NCBI RefSeq assembly: GCF_000018105.1
Contig: NC_009925.1
Coordinates: 5,730,001 to 5,762,000 of the forward strand
Direction of reading: 5' to 3'
Length of the DNA stretch: 32,000 nt
DNA from: Acaryochloris marina MBIC11017
GTDB lineage: Bacteria; Cyanobacteriota; Cyanobacteriia; Thermosynechococcales; Thermosynechococcaceae
The notes beneath the pieces are model-generated. The model was not told where the DNA came from. It was given only the letters and a program-made list of their open reading frames with translations, and made no database searches. This document shows positions 8,261 to 16,973 of the stretch, piece after piece; the stretch's first letter is position 1, and the number at the start of each line of letters is the position of its first letter. The position numbers were made by a program, and so were the translations under genes.

Positions 8261-9130
8261 TTACTTACAGGTTGCCAAGGCTTGAAGAGAAGCGGGGATA
8301 TCCATCTGACAGAGTTTAGCCCCGCTTAAGTCTGCATTGCTCAAGTTGGCACCGCGCAAGTTGACATCTTTCATGGCAATCTTGCCTAGGTGAGCGCTGC
8401 TGAGGTCGGCTTCACTAAGATTGACGCTTTCTAAAGATGCTTTCCGCAGATCCGCGTTATTCAGCTTGGCCCCATTGAGGTTGGTGTACTTCAGTTGGGC
8501 CTGCTTCAGCTTTGCCCCTTTTAAGTTGGCTTCGCTCAGGTTGGCATTGGATAAATAGACCTGGTTAAGGGTGGCATTCTTAAGATTACTTTTATTGAAA
8601 TTAGCCTCTCTCAAATCGCTGAAGTAGACACGACGAATGCCTTGGGTCGTTTCCACCACTGCAACGCTAAAGTCCGCATCTTCGAGAGTCGCTTCAAATA
8701 AGTTGGCACGACGCAGATCGGCCCCTTTGAGCTTAGTTTTGACTAAGGTTGCCTGGGTGAGATTGGCGTCTTGCAAATTGGTGGCTTGCTTGAGGGTTGT
8801 GGTTAAGCTGGCCCGTCTAAGAGTTGCTTTGCTGAGATTGGCGTACTTTAAATTAGCGCTTTCTAAATTGGCATCGTCCAAATTAACGCCCTGCAAATTA
8901 GCGCCTTGCAGGTTCGCCCCTTGCAAGCTAGCACCCTTTAGATTTTGATCTTGCAAATTGGCTCCCCTGAGGTCGCATCCATCACAACTGTTGGTGGCCT
9001 GTAGCTGCTGGAGATGCTCCGGGTTGGGAGTCTGAGCGCTATTGCTGGCAGCACTCAGGGGCAAAAATGCGATAGAGAAGGAAGCCAGGGCTGTTCCTAT
9101 GACAAGACTGCCTTTATTCAACTGTTTCAT
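8261..9130 (-). CDS. Pentapeptide-repeat protein with signal peptide
   Basis: The ORF track extends to 9160. The likely start is the ATG at 9130 (MKQLNKGSLVIGTALASF...), which gives a signal peptide. A CDGCDL cap is followed by roughly 40 pentapeptide units. Confidence 0.9.
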   Translation of the reverse strand: MKQLNKGSLVIGTALASFSIAFLPLSAASNSAQTPNPEHLQQLQATNSCDGCDLRGANLQDQNLKGASLQGANLQGANLQGVNLDDANLESANLKYANLSKATLRRASLTTTLKQATNLQDANLTQATLVKTKLKGADLRRANLFEATLEDADFSVAVVETTQGIRRVYFSDLREANFNKSNLKNATLNQVYLSNANLSEANLKGAKLKQAQLKYTNLNGAKLNNADLRKASLESVNLSEADLSSAHLGKIAMKDVNLRGANLSNADLSGAKLCQMDIPASLQALATCK

Positions 9131-9259
9131 GTAATCCACCCAAATTAAAACGGTCTGCAATAGGTATTTATTCTCTAATCACTGTACTGTGATCAGGGCA
9201 AGGTTACAAAATGCTAAGGAACCAGAAAACTGCTAAACGCCTGCCTGAAGGGATTTTCG

Positions 9260-9913
9260 TTACAACACGCGCCAAATTAAGGTCCAAAGGGTCAAAAGAC
9301 TGGTGGTGAAAACCGCTTTTTGCGGGGCAAGAGTCTTAACGCCCCAGTACAGTAACCATAAGGACCAAAGGCTACCGACCAAGACAAACCAAAATAGCAC
9401 CTGTATAAAGACCTGACTGCTCAGGGTTTGACTGTATAGGCTCAGCCAAGTCAAATACTGGTTCAGCCAGGGGGCTTCTGGTCTAAACGCCACAAATTGG
9501 CTAAAGGGAATGACTCGTCCGGTAGCAGGCCAAAGTCCTGCTGCTCCCACCAGCAACAATCCTGCCGCGGCCAGGGGCCATTGGCTCCACCCGGCAAGTT
9601 GCCATGCCCGACATTGGCTTCTAGTGGTGAGCTGAATGATCCATCCGTAAATGCCCCAGCTTAATAGGGGCCAACTGATTAAACCAATCAAGATAAGGCT
9701 GATCAAAAAGGTCCCTCCAGGTGTAGTGCTGAGGGATTGCAATATATCTAGGGAAATAATGGATGGCAGGTTTCGAGTCCAGATCCAGTAGGCGGTGTAT
9801 CGTAGCCAGCCGGCACCTAAGACGATTCCCAAGGGCACCCAGAATTTAGGCGGTTGTTCGAAAAGCTGCCGGAAAAATAATTTTGGGTGGGCAATAAGGG
9901 ACCAGAGGTTCAT
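9260..9913 (-). CDS. Polytopic membrane protein, possibly Yip1-like
   Basis: A 217-aa ORF with an ATG start, about five Trp/Leu-rich hydrophobic helices and host-like GC. The family assignment is tentative. Confidence 0.6.
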   Translation of the reverse strand: MNLWSLIAHPKLFFRQLFEQPPKFWVPLGIVLGAGWLRYTAYWIWTRNLPSIISLDILQSLSTTPGGTFLISLILIGLISWPLLSWGIYGWIIQLTTRSQCRAWQLAGWSQWPLAAAGLLLVGAAGLWPATGRVIPFSQFVAFRPEAPWLNQYLTWLSLYSQTLSSQVFIQVLFWFVLVGSLWSLWLLYWGVKTLAPQKAVFTTSLLTLWTLIWRVL

Positions 9914-10533
9914 CTGGAGTCATATTCCCTTTCTTAAAGTACTAAGCTTTACGGATTCTAATCCTTTTGGTGGACTGGATGGCTAGGGAATTCGTATTCC
10001 AAAAATAGACATCAGGGGATAGGGGAACTCAACTCTCTATAGCTTTGAAAATCCACATTTATTTGAGGCATAAACAAAGATTTGGGGTATTAATCGCTGT
10101 TTTCAAGGGTTGGACTAACCACTTCTGACAGATTTTTCTGAAGATGAAGAGTAACATGAAAAATCAAAAAATTTAGGGTTCAAACGCTTTAAATGGTAAG
10201 GATATCAAAAACTCTATTTGCTGATAACCATGGCTTAGGGAAAGGATAAAGTAGAATATTCTTCAAATCTTTAAAGCATGAATCCTAATGGAAGTTCAAA
10301 GCAATTTTTGCCTAGCTATTACTAAAGATAACTCTCTAGTATCATGAGTTTACCATAGAAGCAAAACAAAAGCTTATATTTTTTATATGGGAAATAAATA
10401 AATTTATATTATTTAACTATAAAAACTAAAAAATAATGGTAGCAATAAATAAGTGATATTTTATGGAAAAAATTAACGTTTATCGATATTTTTCAAATTG
10501 CTTGTTCAAGTAACTAATATAAAGACTCAAACT

Positions 10534-11241
10534 ATGCCTTCTACTTTAAAAAAACTAAAAATATACATTCCAGCACTTATTCTACTATTACTAATAGTTA
10601 TTGCCAGACTAAAGACGAATATTCCTATAAATGTTTTTTTAAGTGATCCAGCTGTTATTGCTGGTTCTAATGGGCTTAGCTCCTTAATCCAAGCCACAAC
10701 AAATCCTTTCGTTGGAGTAGCTTCCAATATAGGTATTTTGTGTTGGTGTATTTCTGCATCAGTGTGTTTTTTTAGCTGTTTTTTAATCAGAAAAAAACTC
10801 ATGCCTTATAGTAATGGCTATAAGGAATTATTTAATTTTTTGCTGCTATCAGGACTGATTACCTCAGTGTTATTAATTGATGATTTATTTCTTTTACATG
10901 AGGCTATTATTCCTAAGCTACTTAAAATCCCTCAGTATCTTACTTATTCATTATATATGGTTACAGTATTCTACTGGATTAATAGATTTAGGAAGATAAT
11001 TATCAAAACAGAATGGGATTTACTTGCTTTAGCATTTATATTTTTTACATTCTCTATTTTTACTGATACTGCAATGGATTATTTTGAATTAAGTAATCAT
11101 ATGAATATACTATCAAATAATGAATTACTAGTATTGTTAGAGGATGGTTTTAAGCTATTTGGAATAATAAGTTGGCTTACATATTTAAGTAAAACTTCCT
11201 TGTTGATTATAGAAACCATTATTGAAGGAGAAAGACTATAA
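10534..11241 (+). CDS. Polytopic membrane protein of unknown family (first gene of the AT-rich cassette)
   Basis: The ORF track starts at TTG 10498. The first ATG is at 10534 (MPSTLKKLKIYIPALILLLLIVIA...). There are about six hydrophobic segments and extremely AT-rich codon usage. Confidence 0.6.
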   Translation: MPSTLKKLKIYIPALILLLLIVIARLKTNIPINVFLSDPAVIAGSNGLSSLIQATTNPFVGVASNIGILCWCISASVCFFSCFLIRKKLMPYSNGYKELFNFLLLSGLITSVLLIDDLFLLHEAIIPKLLKIPQYLTYSLYMVTVFYWINRFRKIIIKTEWDLLALAFIFFTFSIFTDTAMDYFELSNHMNILSNNELLVLLEDGFKLFGIISWLTYLSKTSLLIIETIIEGERL

Positions 11242-11281
11242 AATAACGTATGTCATTTTTAAGTCTAAAAAAATAAAATAT

Positions 11282-12418
11282 ATGAAAAATAAATATCATT
11301 CAATTTTAATAATAGATGAATGTGATCAGCCCATTGCTTATTATGTATTGAGATGTTTGAAATCGGGGAATCAGAATTTAAAGATCAGTATAATTATCCC
11401 GTTAAACCAGTCATCTATAGAAAATAATTGGATAACTTTCTATAAATATTCGAGATATATAGATCGTCTAATTATTGCAAGTAATGAGATAGATTCCAAT
11501 GACTTTCTGAATGAAGTAATTCAAGCAATCCAGCAAGAATCGATCGATTATATTTTTCCGGCTTCTGAAAATAGTTTTAAGTTTGTATCCAGACATAGGG
11601 TTCAACTATCATCTTCAAGTAACTTAATAGCCTTACCCAGCCAAAATTCTTTAGATGTGACATTTAATAAGTGGGAATTGAGTCTTTTTCTGAAAAACAG
11701 AAAAATTCCAACTCCTAAAACTATTCTACCAAGTTCAATCACTCAATCGAATCAATTATCTTACCCAATTCTACTAAAACCAGCCTGCGGAAGTGGAGGT
11801 GAAAATATTAAAAAGATCGAAGAAGTATCAGTGCTTAAATCTATAATACATAATCCAATTGCTAAGAATGATTATAAAGATTATATATTGCAAGAATATA
11901 TTGATGGCTATGATATTGATTGTAATGTACTCTGCAAAGATGGAAAGATTCTTACTCATTCTGTGCAAAAACCATTAGGTATAGAAAAAGGATTTTCGCC
12001 AAAGATTGATAAATTACATTTTATTCATGATAACTCTGTATTGAGTATCGTAAAAAAAACAATGTTTGAGCTTCAATGGAGTGGAATTGCCCATCTAGAT
12101 CTTAGGTACTGCCATAAAACAGGTAATCTATACTTAATTGAAATAAACCCTAGATTTTGGCAATCTTTAATGGGCTCACTTTCCATTGGTATTAATTTCC
12201 CATATCTACTATTTCTAGTATCAGCTGGGTTTGATATCGGAGACGTTTATTATGATGATCAATACTATGCAAAGTTTTCTAGATATATAAAAGATATACT
12301 TAGTGGTTCACTAGACTATAGTCTAGATAATACTAACCTAAAATACTTGCTGACAGATTTAAATTCAATTGCTAATTATGGTATAAAACGTTTTTTTGGA
12401 AGCAAGACCATTAGTTAG
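11282..12418 (+). CDS. ATP-grasp family ligase
   Basis: The ORF track starts at TTG 11222. The ATG at 11282 gives MKNKYHSILIIDE.... ATP-grasp hallmarks are present: YPILLKPACGSGGENI, ILQEYIDGYDIDCNVL, LYLIEINPRFWQS and INFPYLLF. An N-terminal pre-ATP-grasp-like region precedes them. Confidence 0.8.
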   Translation: MKNKYHSILIIDECDQPIAYYVLRCLKSGNQNLKISIIIPLNQSSIENNWITFYKYSRYIDRLIIASNEIDSNDFLNEVIQAIQQESIDYIFPASENSFKFVSRHRVQLSSSSNLIALPSQNSLDVTFNKWELSLFLKNRKIPTPKTILPSSITQSNQLSYPILLKPACGSGGENIKKIEEVSVLKSIIHNPIAKNDYKDYILQEYIDGYDIDCNVLCKDGKILTHSVQKPLGIEKGFSPKIDKLHFIHDNSVLSIVKKTMFELQWSGIAHLDLRYCHKTGNLYLIEINPRFWQSLMGSLSIGINFPYLLFLVSAGFDIGDVYYDDQYYAKFSRYIKDILSGSLDYSLDNTNLKYLLTDLNSIANYGIKRFFGSKTIS

Positions 12419-12456
12419 TTTAGCTATTTTATTGATATATCTTATAAAGAGTAAAA

Positions 12457-13551
12457 ATGGACGTAAAGATAATTAATACAGAGAATGATTTGTGGCTAAA
12501 AGTCTTATCGAACTTGCAACATGATATATATCACTTGCCAGGATATATTGCTTTAGAAGCAAAAAGGTATAATGCTATCCCTAAAGCTATTTTAATAACT
12601 GATGAACGGAAAATTTTCTTCCTACCTTATCTCCTTCGTCAATTTAATGACTTATCTCTCCAAGGAAATGAAGTGGGGCCAATACTTGATATCATCTCTC
12701 CCTATGGCTACCCAGGTATATTGCTAAGTAAAGATGCATATTCAAGCCCAGAATTTGTGAATCTAGCGATTGAAAAGCTAAAAATAAGTATATTTGAACA
12801 AGGTGCCTGCTCAGCTTTCTTTCGACTTCATCCCATCCTTAATAACTTTGTAAGTGATTCTCAGCCTGAATCTTTTGTTGAAAATGGAACAACAGTATCT
12901 GTTGACTTAAAACTCTCTGAAGAAGAGATATGGGGCCACACAAGGAAAGGGCATAAAAGTACAATCAATAAATGTAAGCGGTTGGGTATGCAAGCAAGAA
13001 TGGTTCCAGTTCTTGAGTACCTTGAAGTGCTATCTAACATTCAGGAAGAAACTAACGAGCGGGTAGGCGCTTCACAAAGCTACTACGATTTTAATTATGA
13101 TTATTTTTTAAATATGTTCAATGCTTTTGGAGAGAAACTACATATATGTATTGTTGAACTTGATGATCGGATTTTGTGTGCTGGCCTATATTCTGAGTGT
13201 TGTGGAATAGTGCAAAGTATATTTGGTGGTACAAAAAATAATTATATTAATTTATCTCCAAGTACTTTAGAAACGGATTATGCCAGATACTGGGCTAAAA
13301 AACGCGGGAATAGCTATTTGCATTTAGGTGGTGGTGTTGGTGGAAGAAAGGATAGTGTATATACATTTAAGTCAGGCTTCTCAAAGCAAAAACATTCTTT
13401 TGTTACACTACGTTTAATTAGTGATCAACCTGTCTATGATCGTTTAGTTCGGTTGCGTGCCAAATCAATAGGTATAGAAACAGATAAACTACTTAGGCTA
13501 AATTTTTTCCCGGCCTATCGATACTGTTATCAACCAAATCTTAGCTCTTGA
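12457..13551 (+). CDS. FemAB / Acetyltransf_6-type GNAT-fold transferase
   Basis: A 364-aa ORF. The architecture and motifs (HTRKGHKSTINKCKRLGMQ, YSECCGIVQSIFGG, YLHLGGGVGG..DSVYTFKSGFS) resemble Fem-type or BioF2-like acyl/aminoacyl transferases. This is recognised by eye only. Confidence 0.6.
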   Translation: MDVKIINTENDLWLKVLSNLQHDIYHLPGYIALEAKRYNAIPKAILITDERKIFFLPYLLRQFNDLSLQGNEVGPILDIISPYGYPGILLSKDAYSSPEFVNLAIEKLKISIFEQGACSAFFRLHPILNNFVSDSQPESFVENGTTVSVDLKLSEEEIWGHTRKGHKSTINKCKRLGMQARMVPVLEYLEVLSNIQEETNERVGASQSYYDFNYDYFLNMFNAFGEKLHICIVELDDRILCAGLYSECCGIVQSIFGGTKNNYINLSPSTLETDYARYWAKKRGNSYLHLGGGVGGRKDSVYTFKSGFSKQKHSFVTLRLISDQPVYDRLVRLRAKSIGIETDKLLRLNFFPAYRYCYQPNLSS

Positions 13552-13659
13552 TAACGGAATAGTAATTTATCTGATTGAATATATCATGGAGAAGCTGGGG
13601 AAAAGAGACTCAGGTGGAGTGGGGAACTGGTCTATTAACAGGTCATATCCTTTAACCCT

Positions 13660-13944
13660 TTACTTAGTGAAGAGTTCTAATGTGCTCAACGGACGGGAAC
13701 AAAATCTTATTTTCATTGCTGGTGTCGTCTGCTTACTGAGCCCCCAATGGGGTCTAACCCAGTAATGAATAAGTCGTTGTACGTCTAGCACTCGCTGTAA
13801 CCCTGACTGATTCTTTGTGTAGAGATTCTGCTGCCTTCGATAAGCACTACTTCATCTCTTCAAAGCAGCATTGTGAACCTCGTTGTAATTGGCATAGACT
13901 TCAGATGTTGGGGTTATAGCGGTAAAAGGATGCTCTACTTTCAT
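13660..13944 (-). pseudogene. Transposase C-terminal remnant with an in-frame TGA, truncated at its 5' side by the adjacent IS insertion
   Basis: My hand translation is MKVEHPFTAITPTSEVYANYNEVHNAALKR*SSAYRRQQNLYTKNQSGLQRVLDVQRLIHYWVRPHWGLSKQTTPAMKI.... The pattern N-x-x-x-N-x-x-L-(K/R)...YWVRPH...TPAM is typical of transposase C-termini. No N-terminal part is present. Confidence 0.45.
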
Positions 13945-13948
13945 CTAT

Positions 13949-13971
13949 CCCTCTTTTATCACTTTAGACAG
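13949..13971. repeat. Terminal inverted repeat of the IS701-family element (left)
   Basis: Read directly; it is the perfect reverse complement of 15318-15340. Confidence 0.9.
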
Positions 13972-15277
13972 AGAGAAAATCAGGATGCTTGAGCAATTTC
14001 CTCACCAGTGGACAGCAAAATGCCTCCATCTTTGATGTGAGTTGCTCAAACCCCTTTTTCAAAGCACGGCTGGGAAAGACTTCTAACCAGCGCTTTAGAA
14101 GATTCCAACTGATTAACGGTTGAATGATCAAGCGCACATTATTGAGCAGATTCTTCCACCCGTTTTGGTTATCCCACCAAGGATGCTGCGCAAAGTGTTG
14201 ATGTGCCACTGGACAAGAGTCATTGAAGACATCAGCGAACAAACTCACCATCAAGAAAGCGCTCATCACTATCTCCCACCACTTTTCAATTTGTTCGTAG
14301 TGCGTCATGCGAAAATCAGCCCAACCCAAGGTATCTTTAGACTGTTTGAGACCATACTCAATCCAAGTTCTGAAGCCATAGCAATCCCCAATTTCATCCA
14401 GCTTGATCTCGGGTGCCGCTGCCATGACATAAGAGGTTGAGTTCTCTGGTAGCGTTTGGGGGTCCGTGGTTAATAGCCAATAGCGCTTCTGGTGGTGTCG
14501 CTGGCCATAAATGATCTCTTGCCTGTAACGAGTTTCAGTGGTGCCATTGCTGAAGGTTCGTTCAAATGACTGCCACGGTTCGGCAAAGACTGCTTGTTCT
14601 GCGGGTAACCACACCGCATGATTGCTACGAATCGCTAGGATATAGGGCAGCTTTAACTCCTCTAAGACATTCACAAAGTTTGTTTGAGCTTCCCCATACA
14701 AGCTGTCAGCCAGGACGAGCTCAAAGCAAAAGCCCATCCCTTGCAACTGTCGGATCATTCCAGCAGCAATTTGGGGTTTGCTGAGATACTCATCCTCCTC
14801 TTTAAGACGTTCTCGGGGTTTGTACACTTCAAAGGACAAAGGCAAAATCATCCCTTGAAACAGCCCGTAGGCAGTGACTGCGACGATGCCATTCTCTTTC
14901 TTGCCCACATTGCCGATATACTGCCGTTTCACATAGTCGGTACTCTTGCCTTTTTTGCAATCGCCCGTCTCATCGATCAATAGAATTAACCTGCGCCCAT
15001 CCAGTATTTTCAAGATGATGTCCAATCTCTTGTCAGACAAATGTGACGCTACCCAAGGTGATTCACTCAGAAAATGATGCAGGCTTTGATGGTTCTCCAA
15101 GCCCACTGCTCTTGCAATGGCGGGCAATGATTTACGTTTGATATCACTAATCATCCCCAGATGGAGATGCTTGAAGGCTTCATAACTGCGGACTTGGGGA
15201 AATAACTCTGCAAATAGTTGGCAGTACTCATCAACAAAGCCAATGGTTGGTTCTGGACTTCTTGAAGCTGACATCAC
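13964..15277 (-). CDS. IS701-family DDE transposase
   Basis: A 437-aa ORF. It has the motif LLIDETGDCKKGKSTDYVKRQYIGNVGKKENGIV typical of IS701-like transposases. The reading frame is intact. Confidence 0.85.
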   Translation of the reverse strand: MMSASRSPEPTIGFVDEYCQLFAELFPQVRSYEAFKHLHLGMISDIKRKSLPAIARAVGLENHQSLHHFLSESPWVASHLSDKRLDIILKILDGRRLILLIDETGDCKKGKSTDYVKRQYIGNVGKKENGIVAVTAYGLFQGMILPLSFEVYKPRERLKEEDEYLSKPQIAAGMIRQLQGMGFCFELVLADSLYGEAQTNFVNVLEELKLPYILAIRSNHAVWLPAEQAVFAEPWQSFERTFSNGTTETRYRQEIIYGQRHHQKRYWLLTTDPQTLPENSTSYVMAAAPEIKLDEIGDCYGFRTWIEYGLKQSKDTLGWADFRMTHYEQIEKWWEIVMSAFLMVSLFADVFNDSCPVAHQHFAQHPWWDNQNGWKNLLNNVRLIIQPLISWNLLKRWLEVFPSRALKKGFEQLTSKMEAFCCPLVRKLLKHPDFLSV

Positions 15278-15317
15278 TCATTAGAAAAATAGAAACTGAG
15301 AATAGTCTATTTTTTAT

Positions 15318-15340
15318 CTGTCTAAAGTGATAAAAGAGGG
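15318..15340. repeat. Terminal inverted repeat of the IS701-family element (right)
   Basis: Read directly; it is the perfect reverse complement of 13949-13971. Confidence 0.9.
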
Positions 15341-15343
15341 CTA

Positions 15344-16486
15344 TACTCTAGACGGTTAAGAGATTAACTTTCTGGAAAGACTGAAACTTGAGTGAGAGCA
15401 GGCTGGTTAGTTTCGCCTTATGCTCTGTATTGCATTGGTCAATGCACTGTTGAATGGCCCCTTTGAAAGAGTGAAAATCCGAATAATACTTCGAGTAGAG
15501 ACATTCCTTGCGCACAAAGCGCCAAAGCCGCTCAATCAAATTCAAATGGGGTGAATAGGAGGGCAAATAGACTAACTCAATATCGACGATCTCAGCAAAG
15601 TCAGTCACCAGCTGGCATTTTTGATATCGGGCATTGTCTAAAATGACGCTGATGGGTATGACTGGGTCGAGTAGTGCCAGCTTGGCTAGCAACAGACACA
15701 TGCTATGAGAGTTGATGTAGGTGTGGTTGGTGATACTGGTGACTTCTTTGGTGACAGCGTTGAGTGCACCCAGAACATTGAATCGTTGACGGCCAGAAGG
15801 AGAAGGGATGAAGATCCGACGAAGGCACCAGAGAAACCCCAGATAAGCCCGGTGAACAAAATGAGCAGCATCCACAAAAAAGACAAGACGCTCTTGGCGT
15901 TGAGCTTCCTCTAATAAGGGTTCAAGGCGAGTTTGTCGAAACTGCTCTTGCTCCTCAATTTTCTCGGGCAGACTCGACTTTCCCGGCACATACCCCACTT
16001 TTCGAGAGCGACAACCAATGCGTTTGAGGAAGGCTTTGATCTGGGTTGGAGAACGCTTAATACCTGTCAATTGTTCAATGACTGCTTGGGCTTCTGCACT
16101 GGTGCGGGGCGGGTGTTGCTCAAAATAGGCTCTCACACTATCGCTATGAGCGTTGAGTGAACTGGATTGACCTTTGTATTCCAGGGTTTTCAACCCTTCA
16201 ATTCCGCCTTGTTGATACAGACGAAGGGTTTTAGCTAAGGTCGGACGACTAATCTGACAAAGCTGACAAATCTGGGCATGGGGAAGACCCTGACTTTTCA
16301 AGTAGAGCACTTCCATCCGTCGCTGCACCCGTGGGTGAGGGTGATGATAGCGTTCGTAATTGAGGTGTTGGATTTCCTCTGCGGTGAAATCAATTTTAAT
16401 CATGCAAGTAGGGGAGTCGGTTGAGGGATACTCCCAGTCTGCCAAATCTCTCCACTACAATGTTAAGCCGCAAGTCGTACGCAGTA
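15344..16486 (-). mobile_element. IS630-family insertion sequence (ends approximate)
   Basis: TA dinucleotides lie at 15342-15343 and 16487-16488. Both termini begin TACT, but the inverted repeats otherwise match only in blocks (GAC, GG(C)TTAA, GAGATT). The length of about 1.14 kb is typical for IS630. Confidence 0.6.
15348..16403 (-). CDS. IS630-family (Tc1/mariner-like) DDE transposase
   Basis: The ORF track extends to TTG 16445. The ATG at 16403 gives MIKIDFTAEEIQ.... There is an N-terminal HTH region, plus VFFVDAAHF, ILDNARYQK and LPSYSPHLNLIERLW, which fit the DD..E signature of IS630. Confidence 0.85.
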   Translation of the reverse strand: MIKIDFTAEEIQHLNYERYHHPHPRVQRRMEVLYLKSQGLPHAQICQLCQISRPTLAKTLRLYQQGGIEGLKTLEYKGQSSSLNAHSDSVRAYFEQHPPRTSAEAQAVIEQLTGIKRSPTQIKAFLKRIGCRSRKVGYVPGKSSLPEKIEEQEQFRQTRLEPLLEEAQRQERLVFFVDAAHFVHRAYLGFLWCLRRIFIPSPSGRQRFNVLGALNAVTKEVTSITNHTYINSHSMCLLLAKLALLDPVIPISVILDNARYQKCQLVTDFAEIVDIELVYLPSYSPHLNLIERLWRFVRKECLYSKYYSDFHSFKGAIQQCIDQCNTEHKAKLTSLLSLKFQSFQKVNLLTV

Positions 16487-16685
16487 TAATTTGATTTTGA
16501 TCTGACGTTTCCCCTTTATTTCATATCCCTAAGGATTCATGTATAGTCCACGGTGGCCTCAGCTCAATAATCTATAAGATGTCAAACTTGTCCTCTAACT
16601 CCTATTCAGCTTGTTTCAAAGCATTTATCTGCAAAGGCAGCAACTTTAGTGTAAATTCTGGAACTGAACTGATCCCAAATGAATT

Positions 16686-16973
16686 TCAGAGCAAAGCTTT
16701 ACTTGGAGAAGAGGGTTGAATAGAGATTCTAGGAGCGGCGAACAAGTATACACCATTGCCAATCTCTCTAAACTGACCCCTGATGGAATAGGTACTACCT
16801 GCTAGAAAGTCAGTAATCCTTCGAGCAGATTCATAGGGTAATTTTCCTAAGTTAACGAGCAATAGCTGTCCCTTTTTTAAGGCTTGTGCATCTACTTCTG
16901 CTTCAGTAAAGGTATTTGGATAAGATAAGATTATTTCACAAGCAAGACCATGGATTGGCGTCAGATTATTCAT
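16686..16973 (-). CDS. Hypothetical protein (95 aa), AT-rich orphan between IS630 and IS1 copies
   Basis: It has an ATG start. I recognise no family, and the composition is island-like. Confidence 0.35.
   Translation of the reverse strand: MNNLTPIHGLACEIILSYPNTFTEAEVDAQALKKGQLLLVNLGKLPYESARRITDFLAGSTYSIRGQFREIGNGVYLFAAPRISIQPSSPSKALL

Larger units (their letters stand above)
13949..15340 (-). mobile_element. IS701-family insertion sequence (1392 bp) with perfect 23-bp terminal inverted repeats and a 4-bp CTAT target duplication
   Basis: The left IR is CCCTCTTTTATCACTTTAGACAG (13949-13971). The right IR (15318-15340) is its exact reverse complement. CTAT flanks both ends (13945-13948 and 15341-15344). 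A single DDE transposase gene lies inside. Confidence 0.85.

Noticed and set aside
8637-8948. 103-aa plus-strand ORF inside the second pentapeptide-repeat gene
   Set aside because: It is the same antisense repeat artefact as above.
9914-10140. att-like direct repeats shared between the left (9914-10140) and right (23825-23933) island boundaries
   Set aside because: By eye, the longest shared string I found was a 7-mer (GTATTCC), which is not meaningful. The island boundaries therefore remain approximate.
9990-13660. Hypothesis that ATP-grasp + GNAT-fold genes form a microviridin/graspetide RiPP cluster
   Set aside because: I translated the small ORFs in 9990-10533, in the inter-gene gaps and in 13552-13660 on both strands. 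None has a Thr/Ser/Lys plus Asp/Glu-rich core or a PFFARFL-like leader. The third gene is Fem-like and much larger than the MdnD-type acetyltransferase. No ABC transporter is present.
14120-16160. Several 66-106-aa ORFs antisense or out of frame within the IS701 and IS630 transposase genes
   Set aside because: They are nested in intact transposase frames with clear family signatures.
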